64,000 nucleotides of DNA, from positions 1 to 64,000 of the forward strand of contig JAHPZJ010000010.1 in assembly GCA_019058245.1 (NCBI GenBank). Direction: 5' to 3'. The position numbers and the translations under genes were made by a program. The DNA is from Promethearchaeota archaeon. Lineage in GTDB: Archaea > Asgardarchaeota > Lokiarchaeia > Sigyniarchaeales > SOKP01. The notes beneath the pieces are model-generated. The model did no database searches. It saw only the letters and a program-made list of their open reading frames with translations, and was not told the DNA's origin. This document shows, piece by piece, positions 51,253-60,903 of this stretch (position 1 is the stretch's first letter; every line of letters begins with the position of its first letter).

Positions 51253-51720
51253 TCATTCAAAAATTTCAATTTCAGGATGTTCTTTTGCTTCCTTAAATAT
51301 TGGTCCTTTTGCGATAAATCCGATCGCCAAATGACTACCTCTTCCAGAAAGTAAGAGATCATTTTCATTAATTTCAAATGCATTTAAAGTTCTTTCTGGC
51401 AGAATTATACTTTTATCTTCTTGGATTTTTAACCAACAATATTTTTTATTTTTGAATTCGATAATTTCACCCTCAGGTATTTCATAATTAGCTAATGAAG
51501 GATTTTTTTCTATCACTTCATTCATAATTGAATTTCTTAAGATCCTCATGGAACTTAATCCAAATCCACCTGAAGTTTTACTACCTGAAAATAAGATAGC
51601 AGATTTATCAAGTGATAAATTGTACTCTTGAAAAGCTTCGAGAGGAATCTTAATTTTGCCTTGATTTCCTATTATTGACCATCCAAATACATACTTTCCT
51701 CCTTTTACAATTTGAGGCAT
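51253..51720 (-). CDS. degenerate AbrB-like two-domain protein
   Basis: FGWS.IG..GKI.IP and I.LP..L..F.I...D.LL patterns. Confidence 0.65.
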   Translation of the reverse strand: MPQIVKGGKYVFGWSIIGNQGKIKIPLEAFQEYNLSLDKSAILFSGSKTSGGFGLSSMRILRNSIMNEVIEKNPSLANYEIPEGEIIEFKNKKYCWLKIQEDKSIILPERTLNAFEINENDLLLSGRGSHLAIGFIAKGPIFKEAKEHPEIEIFE

Positions 51721-51912
51721 TATTTATTTTCCAATTTTTTATTAAGTCTTATTATATACCATTATATCAAAAAAATCGTTATTTAATTCATATTTTTTTT
51801 AATACATTGTGAGTATAAAGCTTTCAAATTTTAAAATATCATTAGTGATACTGAAAAAATTCTACAAAGAGTAATAGCTAAGTTGATTCCAGGATGATTC
51901 ATTTCTTCAAAT

Positions 51913-52503
51913 TTAAATTTCATCTTTAATTTCTTTATAAAAATCTATTATTATCTTCTGTCTTTCTTTAGCTATTTCTTTTGTAGCGTCAAGATATAAT
52001 TGGTCTTTCAATTTTAATATTTTATTCTGAAGATGTTTAATTACCTCCTTTATACCACCTTTATTCATTGTTGTAAATGCAATTGTTCTATATAAACCAA
52101 TAGCACCAAGAGCATCCAATTTATCTGCATCAGATAATATTTTTGCTTCAAGTGTCTGAGGATTTGAATTATTTGAAAATGAATGTGACCTAATACTGTG
52201 AATTATATTCTTAAAATCTTCTTGAGACAATCCAATGTCATATGAATTTAAGAATTTTGAAGCCATCTTAGAGGATATTTCAGCATGATTCTTATTAGAA
52301 GTTTTTCTAGTCTTATCTTTTCTTCCAATATCATGAAGTAGTGCAGCAATCTTTAGTATCAGTAAATTAGCGTCTAATTTCTTTCCTAAGTGAAGACATA
52401 ACTTTAGAACACGTTCAGTATGGAAGAACCCATGAATATCATCAGGTTCAGAATTATCAAGAGCGAACTTCCTTACTTTTGATATAATATTCTTATCTAT
52501 CAT
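51913..52503 (-). CDS. HD-domain phosphohydrolase
   Basis: H...H.ERV, ALLHDIGR, H, SHS, DADKLDALGAIG. Confidence 0.92.
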   Translation of the reverse strand: MIDKNIISKVRKFALDNSEPDDIHGFFHTERVLKLCLHLGKKLDANLLILKIAALLHDIGRKDKTRKTSNKNHAEISSKMASKFLNSYDIGLSQEDFKNIIHSIRSHSFSNNSNPQTLEAKILSDADKLDALGAIGLYRTIAFTTMNKGGIKEVIKHLQNKILKLKDQLYLDATKEIAKERQKIIIDFYKEIKDEI

Positions 52504-52742
52504 TGAATAATATTGTTTATTTATACTATTAAATCAATGATAAAATTATAAACAATTGGTCCAAAGATATTAACAGTAAATTAAATAAAATGGGATTAAT
52601 AATTCCGATAAAACACCCTTAAAATTTTTAATAGTCTATTTGATAGTTTCTGAGCTTTTAATATATCATAAAAAAAAGCCTAAGATATACTACAAATGAT
52701 TAAAATCTGAACTTTTATAATAATTAATATTAAATAGATGAT

Positions 52743-53501
52743 TTGTTTCATAAATATACATTAAAGGACATATATAATGTAAATTTAATGATTAATATGA
52801 TAGAACAATCCCTAATCTTGAATAACGTGAGTAAAATTTATACTATGGGTGAAAATAAAGTTATTGCATTGGATAATATAAATTTAAAAATCAACTCAGG
52901 TGAATTAATAACGCTATTAGGTCCATCTGGAGCAGGTAAAACAACCCTACTAAATTTATTGGGCGGAATTGATTCCCCCACATCTGGTGAAATAAATGTT
53001 TTTAACGAAGTCGTAAGCAATTTGTCTCCTAAGCAGCTTTCAGATTATAGAAAAAAAAAAGTCGGATTTGTCTTCCAATTCTTCAATTTATTACCTTCCT
53101 TGACGGCATTGGAAAATGTAGAAATCGCAATTGAAACTTTTGGAAAAAAAGAAGAGATTCGAAAAATTGCTTTAAAATATCTTGAAGCGGTCGGACTGAG
53201 TGATCGATTAGATCACCTTCCTTCCGAACTTAGTGGAGGTCAACAGCAAAGAGTTACTATAGCTCGGGCTTTAGCGAAGGAAGAGTTTGCAGAAGGTAAT
53301 CTCCTCATTCTGATGGATGAACCTACTGGAAATATCGATGAGACGACAGGTGATCAAATTCTTGAATTAATTAAGAAAATAGTAGCAGATTATAATGCGA
53401 CTTTTATAGTTGTTACCCATAATCCTTTACTTACAGAAAAATTACAATCAAGAGAAATTCATATACGGAATGGTAAAATTATAACTGATTCGAAAAAATA
53501 A
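52743..53501 (+). CDS. LolD/MacB-type ABC ATP-binding protein (start probably ATG 52788 or 52797)
   Basis: GPSGAGKT, VFQFFNL, LSGGQQQRV, DEPTGN, VTH. Confidence 0.92.
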   Translation: MFHKYTLKDIYNVNLMINMIEQSLILNNVSKIYTMGENKVIALDNINLKINSGELITLLGPSGAGKTTLLNLLGGIDSPTSGEINVFNEVVSNLSPKQLSDYRKKKVGFVFQFFNLLPSLTALENVEIAIETFGKKEEIRKIALKYLEAVGLSDRLDHLPSELSGGQQQRVTIARALAKEEFAEGNLLILMDEPTGNIDETTGDQILELIKKIVADYNATFIVVTHNPLLTEKLQSREIHIRNGKIITDSKK

Positions 53502-53521
53502 CTGAAATTAAAAAGAGGCTT

Positions 53522-55983
53522 TTGAAACGAAATTAATTAATAAAAAACCTTGGAAAGATTTAAAAAGCTTAGGTAAGCGAAGGATAATTTTAATTATTAT
53601 ATTATCTCTATGTATTGGTTTTTCCGTTGGAATCCTTCAAATCTTTTCTTCTATTAAACCACTGTTTGGAAATCTCTACAGAGATGCAGATAGAGCAGAC
53701 TATGAGTATATTACTTCTGGATTTAATTCGACTGTCGCATCTGAGATTAAATCAATACCTGGAGTAAAAGATATTGTACCTCGACTTGTATTTCAATTCC
53801 CGATTAAGATAAAGGATGACCCACAAACATATCTAATACGATTAATCGGAATTAATGTGTCATCATCTTTTTCTGACACAGAAAATTTACCGATATATCA
53901 TTATAAATTACAATCTGGAAGTAATCTGCAGCCTGTTGATTATCATAAGATATTACTTTCAAAAGAATTTTTTAAAGCACGAAATCTTAAAAATTCAGAG
54001 AATATTACTATTGAATCATTAGGAAATGCAAACTTTACGATCAAAGGTGTCTTTTGGAGCATTGAATTTACGATGACCAATACTGCACCTGAAGTTTTAT
54101 TTCCTATAAAAGGGTCATTGGGTATTGGATTTGTAGATGTAAACGATTTAATCCAAATGGTTAATGCATCTAATCCCTTATTATTTTTTCCATATGCGTC
54201 ATATCAATTTAACCAATTACAGGTTATATTTGATGCAAATGCTAATCAAGATGATATAAATAGGGATATAGAAAATAAATTTGGAAGTCTGGGTATTCAA
54301 TTAATCTCAAGCATTCCTTTTGAAAAGAGTTATACATGGAATTATGTAATGAGTGATCTGAAAGGAAGTACGCAAGTCTTTTTTATAATTTTAATTCTTG
54401 CGCTTATAATGGCGCTAACATCGAATATATCGATCTATAGACAATTTATTACTTCCCAACAAAAACAAATCGGCATTCTTGGTTGCTTGGGGTTCTCCAA
54501 GAAAAAAATATCCAAATCTTTTATTGTATTATCACTTCAAATTACGCTGATATCAACTGTAATTAGTATAGTTTTTGCTTATGCCCTTATTGAAGAGATG
54601 ATGTTTGAAATGAGTTCACAAATTATAGGAACCACAACTCTTTTTCCATTCTCATTTGCCTTAATTATTGAGGCTTTCTTATTTAGTTTAGCAATCGGCT
54701 TGTTATCGATGATTCCTCCCGTTTATAAAATGATGAAGAAAAATATGGTTGATTTAGTTTATAGAAAACAGGGATCTAAAGGATTTAAACATCATACAAA
54801 AAGATTTAAATTAGTAAAAAGAGAAAAAACCAAGATACGTCCATCAACCAAACTATTTTGGAGGAATTTTAGGAAAAATCCACGCAATACAGCTCTTATG
54901 ATGATAGGAATCACATTTTCCATAGTAATTGTGAGCTCGATGCTTTTAATGTGGGATAGCGTACACTATACAACCAGTAATGCTATAAGATTAACAGAAA
55001 AATGGGATATGAGTGTAACTTCTTCAATCGGAATGGATGATATGGGATCTGAGATGCAAGATATCAGTAGTTTACCAGATATTGAAAAAACAGAATCAGC
55101 ACTTAAATTAACTCTGCTATTTGAGAATCCCCAAAATGAAGTTGACAATCAAACGGGAATTTTATTGGGGCTTAAATTGGATCAATCATTACATAAATTC
55201 AACTTTATTAATAAGAACGGAGAATCCAGTCGACTTTATCAAAATAATGACGAAATCATAATTTCAGACCATATTTCACGTAAATTGGGATTAGATATTG
55301 GAGAGAACATCACAATTTATAACCCTTTAGGAAACAAGAAACAATTCATAATTGTTGGAATTACCAAAGAAATTATGACAACATGTTATGCTTTATTGGA
55401 TTCTGCTCAGCACTTTTCAAATCAGCTTGAAAAAATAAATATCCTCTTCATATCCTATTCCTCTACTCCTAATGATGAATCAGAACTTATCAATGATATA
55501 TATAATGAATCTGATGAGATCTCATTAGTTCAACCAATGGCAGATTTAATAAACCAAATAAAGATATACGGAGATCTATTAATCCCATTTATCGGTATTG
55601 TCGTGGGATTTGCAGGAATTGTTGAATTATTTATATTGATCAATTCTACACTAATGAAGATTACAGAGCATGAAAATGAATATGGAGTATTGAGAAGCCT
55701 TGGTTTCAAGAAAAAGAAAATATTTATGCAAATATTATTCGAAAATCTTATCTGGACCGTTATTGCAGTGACAATTGCACTTTTATTAATACCACTTGTA
55801 GCAGACTATATGATTATGGCATATCAAGATGAATTCGCGATCTTTCCGAGATTTACAATGTTTACATATCTCGGGACAATTCTGATCCCTATTTTAATAA
55901 TCTTTATTGCAGCTAGGTCTGGAGTGAAAGTTATTTATAAGAAGAACCTATATGAACAAGTCCAAACACAGTTTACTGGATAA
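53522..55983 (+). CDS. FtsX/MacB-type ABC permease; frame extends ~110 codons upstream of the ORF-track start (start uncertain)
   Basis: Frame open from 53512 encoding TM1 (KDLKSLGKRRIILIIILSLCIGFSVG); two IG/YG.L..LGF motifs. Confidence 0.8.
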
Positions 55984-56026
55984 ATTAACATAATTTTGAT
56001 TAATTCAGACGAAAAATAGACTTTAT

Positions 56027-57436
56027 TTATGCTATTATATCTACTATAAAATTATAGACAAGTGGTCCTACATATATTAATAACAAAATAAATACAATAG
56101 GAGTAATAATTCCCAATAAACCCCATAAAATTTTTGATAATTTACTTGGTGACTTCCAATCCTTATATTTTATTTTATTTTTTGATATTCTTTGAGCCTC
56201 TTTAGAAAGAGCTTTATAATAATGTCGTTTTCCTTTACCTGTAAGATATAATTTATCATCTTTCTGATAAATTATTCCCTTTTTTTTCATAAGGTGGACA
56301 ATCTTAAGAATATTAAAAGTCTCAATATTAGAAAGTCCAAATATTGCCCAAATTCCAAAAATTTCATAACCTTTTTTGATAGCTTCATTAAATTTTTCAT
56401 TCAATTGGGATTCAGAAAGAGTTTCTTCTTCTGTAATAACTAATATCCAATGTGCTATTTTAAATTCAAAAGCTTTATCTATATTTAATTTGAAACTATC
56501 AATATCGAGGTCATCTCCTGATTTAATTAATTCAACCAAGGTTTCTCCTCCATCAAGTATAAGCAAAAAAGCAATAAAAATACCAATGATTGAGTCTATT
56601 ACATATATTCCAAATAATGCAAAAATTAATCCCGTTATAACTCCTAATGATAATCTGATATTATTTACATTATCTTTAGCATCAGAGAGTAAAGCAAAAT
56701 TACCACGTAATTTTCCAACAAAATTTTTTAAAAATAACAGCATCAAGTTTATTAAAATCGATATAAACATTAATAAGAATGAAAAATAAGAGGGGTTTAC
56801 AGTACTAACTTGAATTAACGAAAATATTGAAGTAATTATTAAATTTATTCCAGTTATAACCATTAAAAGGATAATTATAATTGCCCCTAATCTATCTTTC
56901 TTTAATTTAATACTTATAGTTATTATTAGAATTTTGATAATATCTGTGAAATTCTCAATTCCCTCATTAAATAAAGCATCACTTCCTAAATTCAACCCCG
57001 TTATAATTTTCAATGAACTCATAAATATCAAGCAAACCAAAGAGAAAATTAAGACAACTTTTTCACTAAAAAAAAATGTAATTGCTTTATTTGTGATTAA
57101 ATTAACGTTTTTAGATTTAAGTAAAACATTATTTCCTTTTTCTGTTAGAGAATAATTATCATTTTCTTGTTGAATTAATTCTTTATTAATTCCTTTTAAA
57201 AGAATTTCATCTAACTGAGTTTTGTTTAATTTTATACAAGCAAATTCGTTGACATAGAAATATTTAAAATAATTATAAAGCAATTCTCGAGTTATTACTC
57301 CCTTATCAATTACGTACATTAAAGCATATAAAGGAGATCCATTAGGGTCATCTTCTAATATCTGTGTAACCTCGTAAGAAAGTTTTGTGATTCCTTTATG
57401 AGTTTTACGAAATTCTTTTAATTTTACACTTTCCAT
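56027..57436 (-). CDS. cation diffusion facilitator-like transporter flanked by winged-helix-like domains
   Basis: S.ALF.E.I..F.D, ALLSDA, ID.IIG..IA CDF pattern; YSLTEKG and LYLTGKG wing motifs. Confidence 0.7.
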   Translation of the reverse strand: MESVKLKEFRKTHKGITKLSYEVTQILEDDPNGSPLYALMYVIDKGVITRELLYNYFKYFYVNEFACIKLNKTQLDEILLKGINKELIQQENDNYSLTEKGNNVLLKSKNVNLITNKAITFFFSEKVVLIFSLVCLIFMSSLKIITGLNLGSDALFNEGIENFTDIIKILIITISIKLKKDRLGAIIIILLMVITGINLIITSIFSLIQVSTVNPSYFSFLLMFISILINLMLLFLKNFVGKLRGNFALLSDAKDNVNNIRLSLGVITGLIFALFGIYVIDSIIGIFIAFLLILDGGETLVELIKSGDDLDIDSFKLNIDKAFEFKIAHWILVITEEETLSESQLNEKFNEAIKKGYEIFGIWAIFGLSNIETFNILKIVHLMKKKGIIYQKDDKLYLTGKGKRHYYKALSKEAQRISKNKIKYKDWKSPSKLSKILWGLLGIITPIVFILLLIYVGPLVYNFIVDIIA

Positions 57437-57742
57437 GGCTAATTAAAAATAGAATTAATGAATAGATATATTATATTAATAGAAATATTTATACCAATAA
57501 AAATTGCTTCTACTATTTCTAGAACAATCTGATATAATTCTGTAAGAAGAAAATATTCCTTATTTTTAAATGTAATATTAATTAATTTCTATATTTCTAC
57601 ATAATCACTTAAGCTTAGCTTAATAATAGATTTAATAGTTTATTATAACACATAGTTTTAGGGATATTAATTAGGCAAAATTTTGAGGATTTACAATGAA
57701 TTTTCGTAAAAAATAAACTATAATATTTTTTAGTACTTCAAT

Positions 57743-58174
57743 TTAGTTCATTAATCCTCTTTCTTTTAACCATTCTTTTATTTTCTCATGAATTTGATCC
57801 CTAATTTCACGAAATTTATTTAGTTTTTCCTCATCAGTGCTTTCAAAGGTAGTAGGGTCTTCAAATGGCCAAAATAATCGAGTACCTACCCCTGGAATAG
57901 TTGGACATTTTTCTTCTGCTTTAGCGCATACAGTAATCACGACTCAAAAATGTATTTTTCCCAAATACTGCTTTAACTCTTTAGAAGTATGGTTACTTAA
58001 ATCATATCCTATTTCTTCCATCATTTTTATTGTTAAAGGATTAATCCCTTTTGGTTCAAAACCAGCACTATAAACTTCAAAATGATCTCCTGCATATTTC
58101 CTCAGAAATGTTTCTGCTATTTGGCTCCTTGCAGAATTTTTAGTACATAAAAAGATAGCTTTTGTTTTTTTCAT
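57743..58174 (-). pseudogene. arsC: thioredoxin-dependent arsenate reductase with one in-frame TGA
   Basis: [10 protein letters not shown]-loop, SAG..P, VITVC....KCP, W.FEDP, FR.IRD; both ORF halves in one frame, separated by TGA 57944-57946. Confidence 0.8.
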
Positions 58175-58235
58175 AATAATTCTCCTTTTTTGAACTATAT
58201 TTTGGCAGATTTTTAATTGTTATTTATATAAAATA

Positions 58236-58294
58236 TATAGGAGGCAATCCTCTTGTCAATCTTTTACTAACATTTATTAAAAGATCTCATCCAA
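58236..58294 (-). promoter_or_regulatory. eukaryote-type SECIS element 1
   Basis: RNA uuggAUGA-gaucuuuuaau-AAAuguu-aguaaaagauu-GAcaa; 57/59 identical to copy 2. Confidence 0.8.
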
Positions 58295-58781
58295 TACTAT
58301 TTGAATATTCAGATTTAAAGTAGTGGGCAAAAATTTCATTGTCTTTTCCATATTTCTTTCTAATAATGCTTTTAAATTCACCGATATCCAGTCTTTTTTT
58401 CACTTTTTCTCATCAACATCCAGAATCTGGTTGTAAATCTATTACACTATTAGGATATAATACAAAATTTATATCATCCCGAAGCGGCATAAATTTTCTT
58501 AGATTACCATGCTCATCAGGACCATAAGACATTAATCCTATATCATCATAAATTGCATTTTCTTCTGGATTCCATATTAATTGTAAATAATTATGGATAT
58601 AACCATCAAATAAAGGAAATATAGATTCATCTGGATTTTCATAAATAAATTTATCTATGAGAGCTAAAGCTTCAACAAAAGTAGCATTGTCTCTGACTTC
58701 TATAGTAAAATTTTTACCATGTTGTAAACCACTTGACGGAATACTAATTTTAAATGTAATTTTTTTAATTTTAAAAATCAC
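58287..58781 (-). CDS. putative selenoprotein paralog 1: beta-grasp/MoaD-like domain ending G-C-U-U plus in-frame tail
   Basis: ...YPNSVIDLQPDSGC TGA TGA EKVKKRLDIGEFKSIIRKKYGKD...HYF; tail conserved with paralog 2; SECIS downstream. Confidence 0.7.
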
Positions 58782-58977
58782 CTCTTATTAATAAAAAAGA
58801 ATAAATTTTTAAACATTAAGATAGTCCTTTAGCTTTAAGTATTTTTAGGAGTTCTTTCTTAAGTATAACTGTTGGTATTTATTCTATATATATAATATTT
58901 ATACAAAATAATAAAAATACTTTAGAACAATGATATTTATCTTCATTCTTAAATAGAAATTATTATTAACATTTCTT

Positions 58978-59976
58978 TTACCAATCTTTGTTTTCCCATT
59001 TCTTAAAAGAACCAAATCCTTCAGTTTTTGAAATTACTTCTTTTAAACTTTTATCAAAAAGAATTGAGATATAATAAGAGGAAACTTCTCGTTTAAATGA
59101 TTTATACCGGATAGATTGTGAAAAACTTTCAGCTAAGATCAAAACAACTTTAACTGAATCCTTATTTTCATGAATAAAAGGAAGAATATAATTCCATTTA
59201 TGATAAAATCTATATTCCTGACTAATTTGTTTAGCTAATTCAAAAAAAATGAATTCATCTGAAACATTTGAAATTGTTTGATTTATTAAATCTTGTTTTT
59301 TGGATGAAAAAATAAATTTTTTTTTTAAAGTAAAAGTGATAAATTTATTCGTTAAAATTTTTTCATAAATTAAATAATAAAATGGAAGAAGACCAGGAAT
59401 GTATTTCTGATTTTTAGGAATTTTTAGTTGTATTATAATTCTTGAAAAACCCCTAATCCCAAAATATGCTAGATAAACATAGAGATAAAAGAAAGCAAGA
59501 TTCATAAGTATTTGATAATAAGGTAATGCAAAATAAAATGCTATTAAAACCAGAAGATTTATACAAGAAAAAGTCATCAATAATGGGTTCACTGCTCTAT
59601 CAGCAATTAGTCTATACTCTTTTTTAGAGATCGGATAAAATATTGGTATTTTTGAAGCAGCAAAAAAATCTAGAGAGACATGGATACTGTATCCTATGAA
59701 TCCAGCAAACCAAATCTCAATGAAAAAAACATTTCTAAATATAGATATAAAAAAACTAACAATTCCACTAATTATTAATCCGATAATATAAGAATGAGAA
59801 CCAGCTTTATGAGAAAGAAAGTACATTTTTCTGATTTTTTGGAGCGGTCCTAAGAAAACGTCCAAATCTGGTAAAAATGTCATAATCCACATTAGGATAA
59901 TAGCTTCTGGACTTAACTTGGTTAATGAAAATAGACCTGCTAAAACCCCTATAAACATATGTGTGAAAAAATCCAT
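58978..59976 (-). CDS. membrane-bound metal-dependent hydrolase (YdjM-like)
   Basis: D.FTH, LPDLD, H...SHS, H..LD motifs with TM segments. Confidence 0.85.
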   Translation of the reverse strand: MDFFTHMFIGVLAGLFSLTKLSPEAIILMWIMTFLPDLDVFLGPLQKIRKMYFLSHKAGSHSYIIGLIISGIVSFFISIFRNVFFIEIWFAGFIGYSIHVSLDFFAASKIPIFYPISKKEYRLIADRAVNPLLMTFSCINLLVLIAFYFALPYYQILMNLAFFYLYVYLAYFGIRGFSRIIIQLKIPKNQKYIPGLLPFYYLIYEKILTNKFITFTLKKKFIFSSKKQDLINQTISNVSDEFIFFELAKQISQEYRFYHKWNYILPFIHENKDSVKVVLILAESFSQSIRYKSFKREVSSYYISILFDKSLKEVISKTEGFGSFKKWENKDW

Positions 59977-60030
59977 ATATGTTTTAAAAATAAGACAGCT
60001 TATTTATACAATTCGATTAAAATTTATATT

Positions 60031-60089
60031 TATAGGAAGCAATCCTCTTGTCAATCTTTTACTAACATTTATTAAAAGATTTCATCCAA
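60031..60089 (-). promoter_or_regulatory. eukaryote-type SECIS element 2
   Basis: uuggAUGA-aaucuuuuaau-AAAuguu-aguaaaagauu-GAcaa in the 3' UTR just after TAA 60103. Confidence 0.8.
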
Positions 60090-60102
60090 ATTAATGAATT
60101 TT

Positions 60103-60567
60103 TTATAAATTAAAATAATGGGTGAAACTCTTATGATCTTTTCCATATTTTTTCATAATAATCCTTTTAAATGTCCCATAATCTAATCTCTCTTTCATTA
60201 CATCAGCTCATCAATCAGCATGGACAGCGATAGTTATTTCACTATTAGGATATAGGTTAAAGTTAATGTCTTCATGTAGAGGCATAAATTCTTTTTGAGG
60301 CCCATAAGCGTTTACAGCACAATCCTCATAAATAATATTATCCTCAGCATCCCAAATTAACTGAAGATAACTTTTGATTAAGCCTTTATAAATTGGAAAT
60401 ATGTTATCTTCGATATTTTCATAAACTTTTTTATCTAATATGCTTAATGCATCAACAAGAGTTCCATTATCCTTTATATCCAAATCAAAATCAATTCCAT
60501 TTGACAATTTCCTTTCAGGATCCGGTGCAAATATTGTTATTTTTATTTTCTTAATTTCCAAAATCAC
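60103..60567 (-). CDS. putative selenoprotein paralog 2: beta-grasp/MoaD-like domain ending D-U-U plus in-frame tail
   Basis: ...YPNSEITIAVHAD TGA TGA ADVMKERLDYGTFKRIIMKKYGKD...HYFNL TAA; first TGA aligns with Cys of paralog 1. Confidence 0.7.
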
Positions 60568-60598
60568 CTCTAATAAAAAAGAAATAAATTTATAAAAT

Positions 60599-60889
60599 CT
60601 AAATTAATCCTTTTGCCTTCAGAAGGATTGGTAGTTCTCTCTTGAGATTAAAAGAGGAAGAGATTTTTTTCTTTCCATCTATTATTATGCATTTATTATA
60701 GATATTTAATTGCCTTGCTTCCTCTGAATTTAGATTTTTAGTGTCATAATCAATGTATTTTATATAAGGTGTAAGTTCAACAAATACTCGGTTCATGAAT
60801 TTATCCCATTCACACGCACAGGCATCTAACGGAACATAAATATCAACCTTTAATTTTTCTATAGTTTTATCATTAATTATTTTTATCAC
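60599..60889 (-). CDS. small thioredoxin-fold-like protein with CAC motif
   Basis: beta strand KVDIYVP, then DACACEW and helix; C-terminal IIIDGK. Confidence 0.65.
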   Translation of the reverse strand: MIKIINDKTIEKLKVDIYVPLDACACEWDKFMNRVFVELTPYIKYIDYDTKNLNSEEARQLNIYNKCIIIDGKKKISSSFNLKRELPILLKAKGLI

Positions 60890-60903
60890 CCCTTAAAAGT
60901 ATT

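Noticed and set aside
57944-57946. arsC in-frame TGA as a genuine Sec codon
   Set aside because: It does not align with a catalytic Cys (all three are already present as Cys), and no SECIS-like hairpin was found 3' of arsC
58339-58527. 62-aa plus-strand ORF
   Set aside because: Antisense shadow of the Sec paralog 1 coding region and tail
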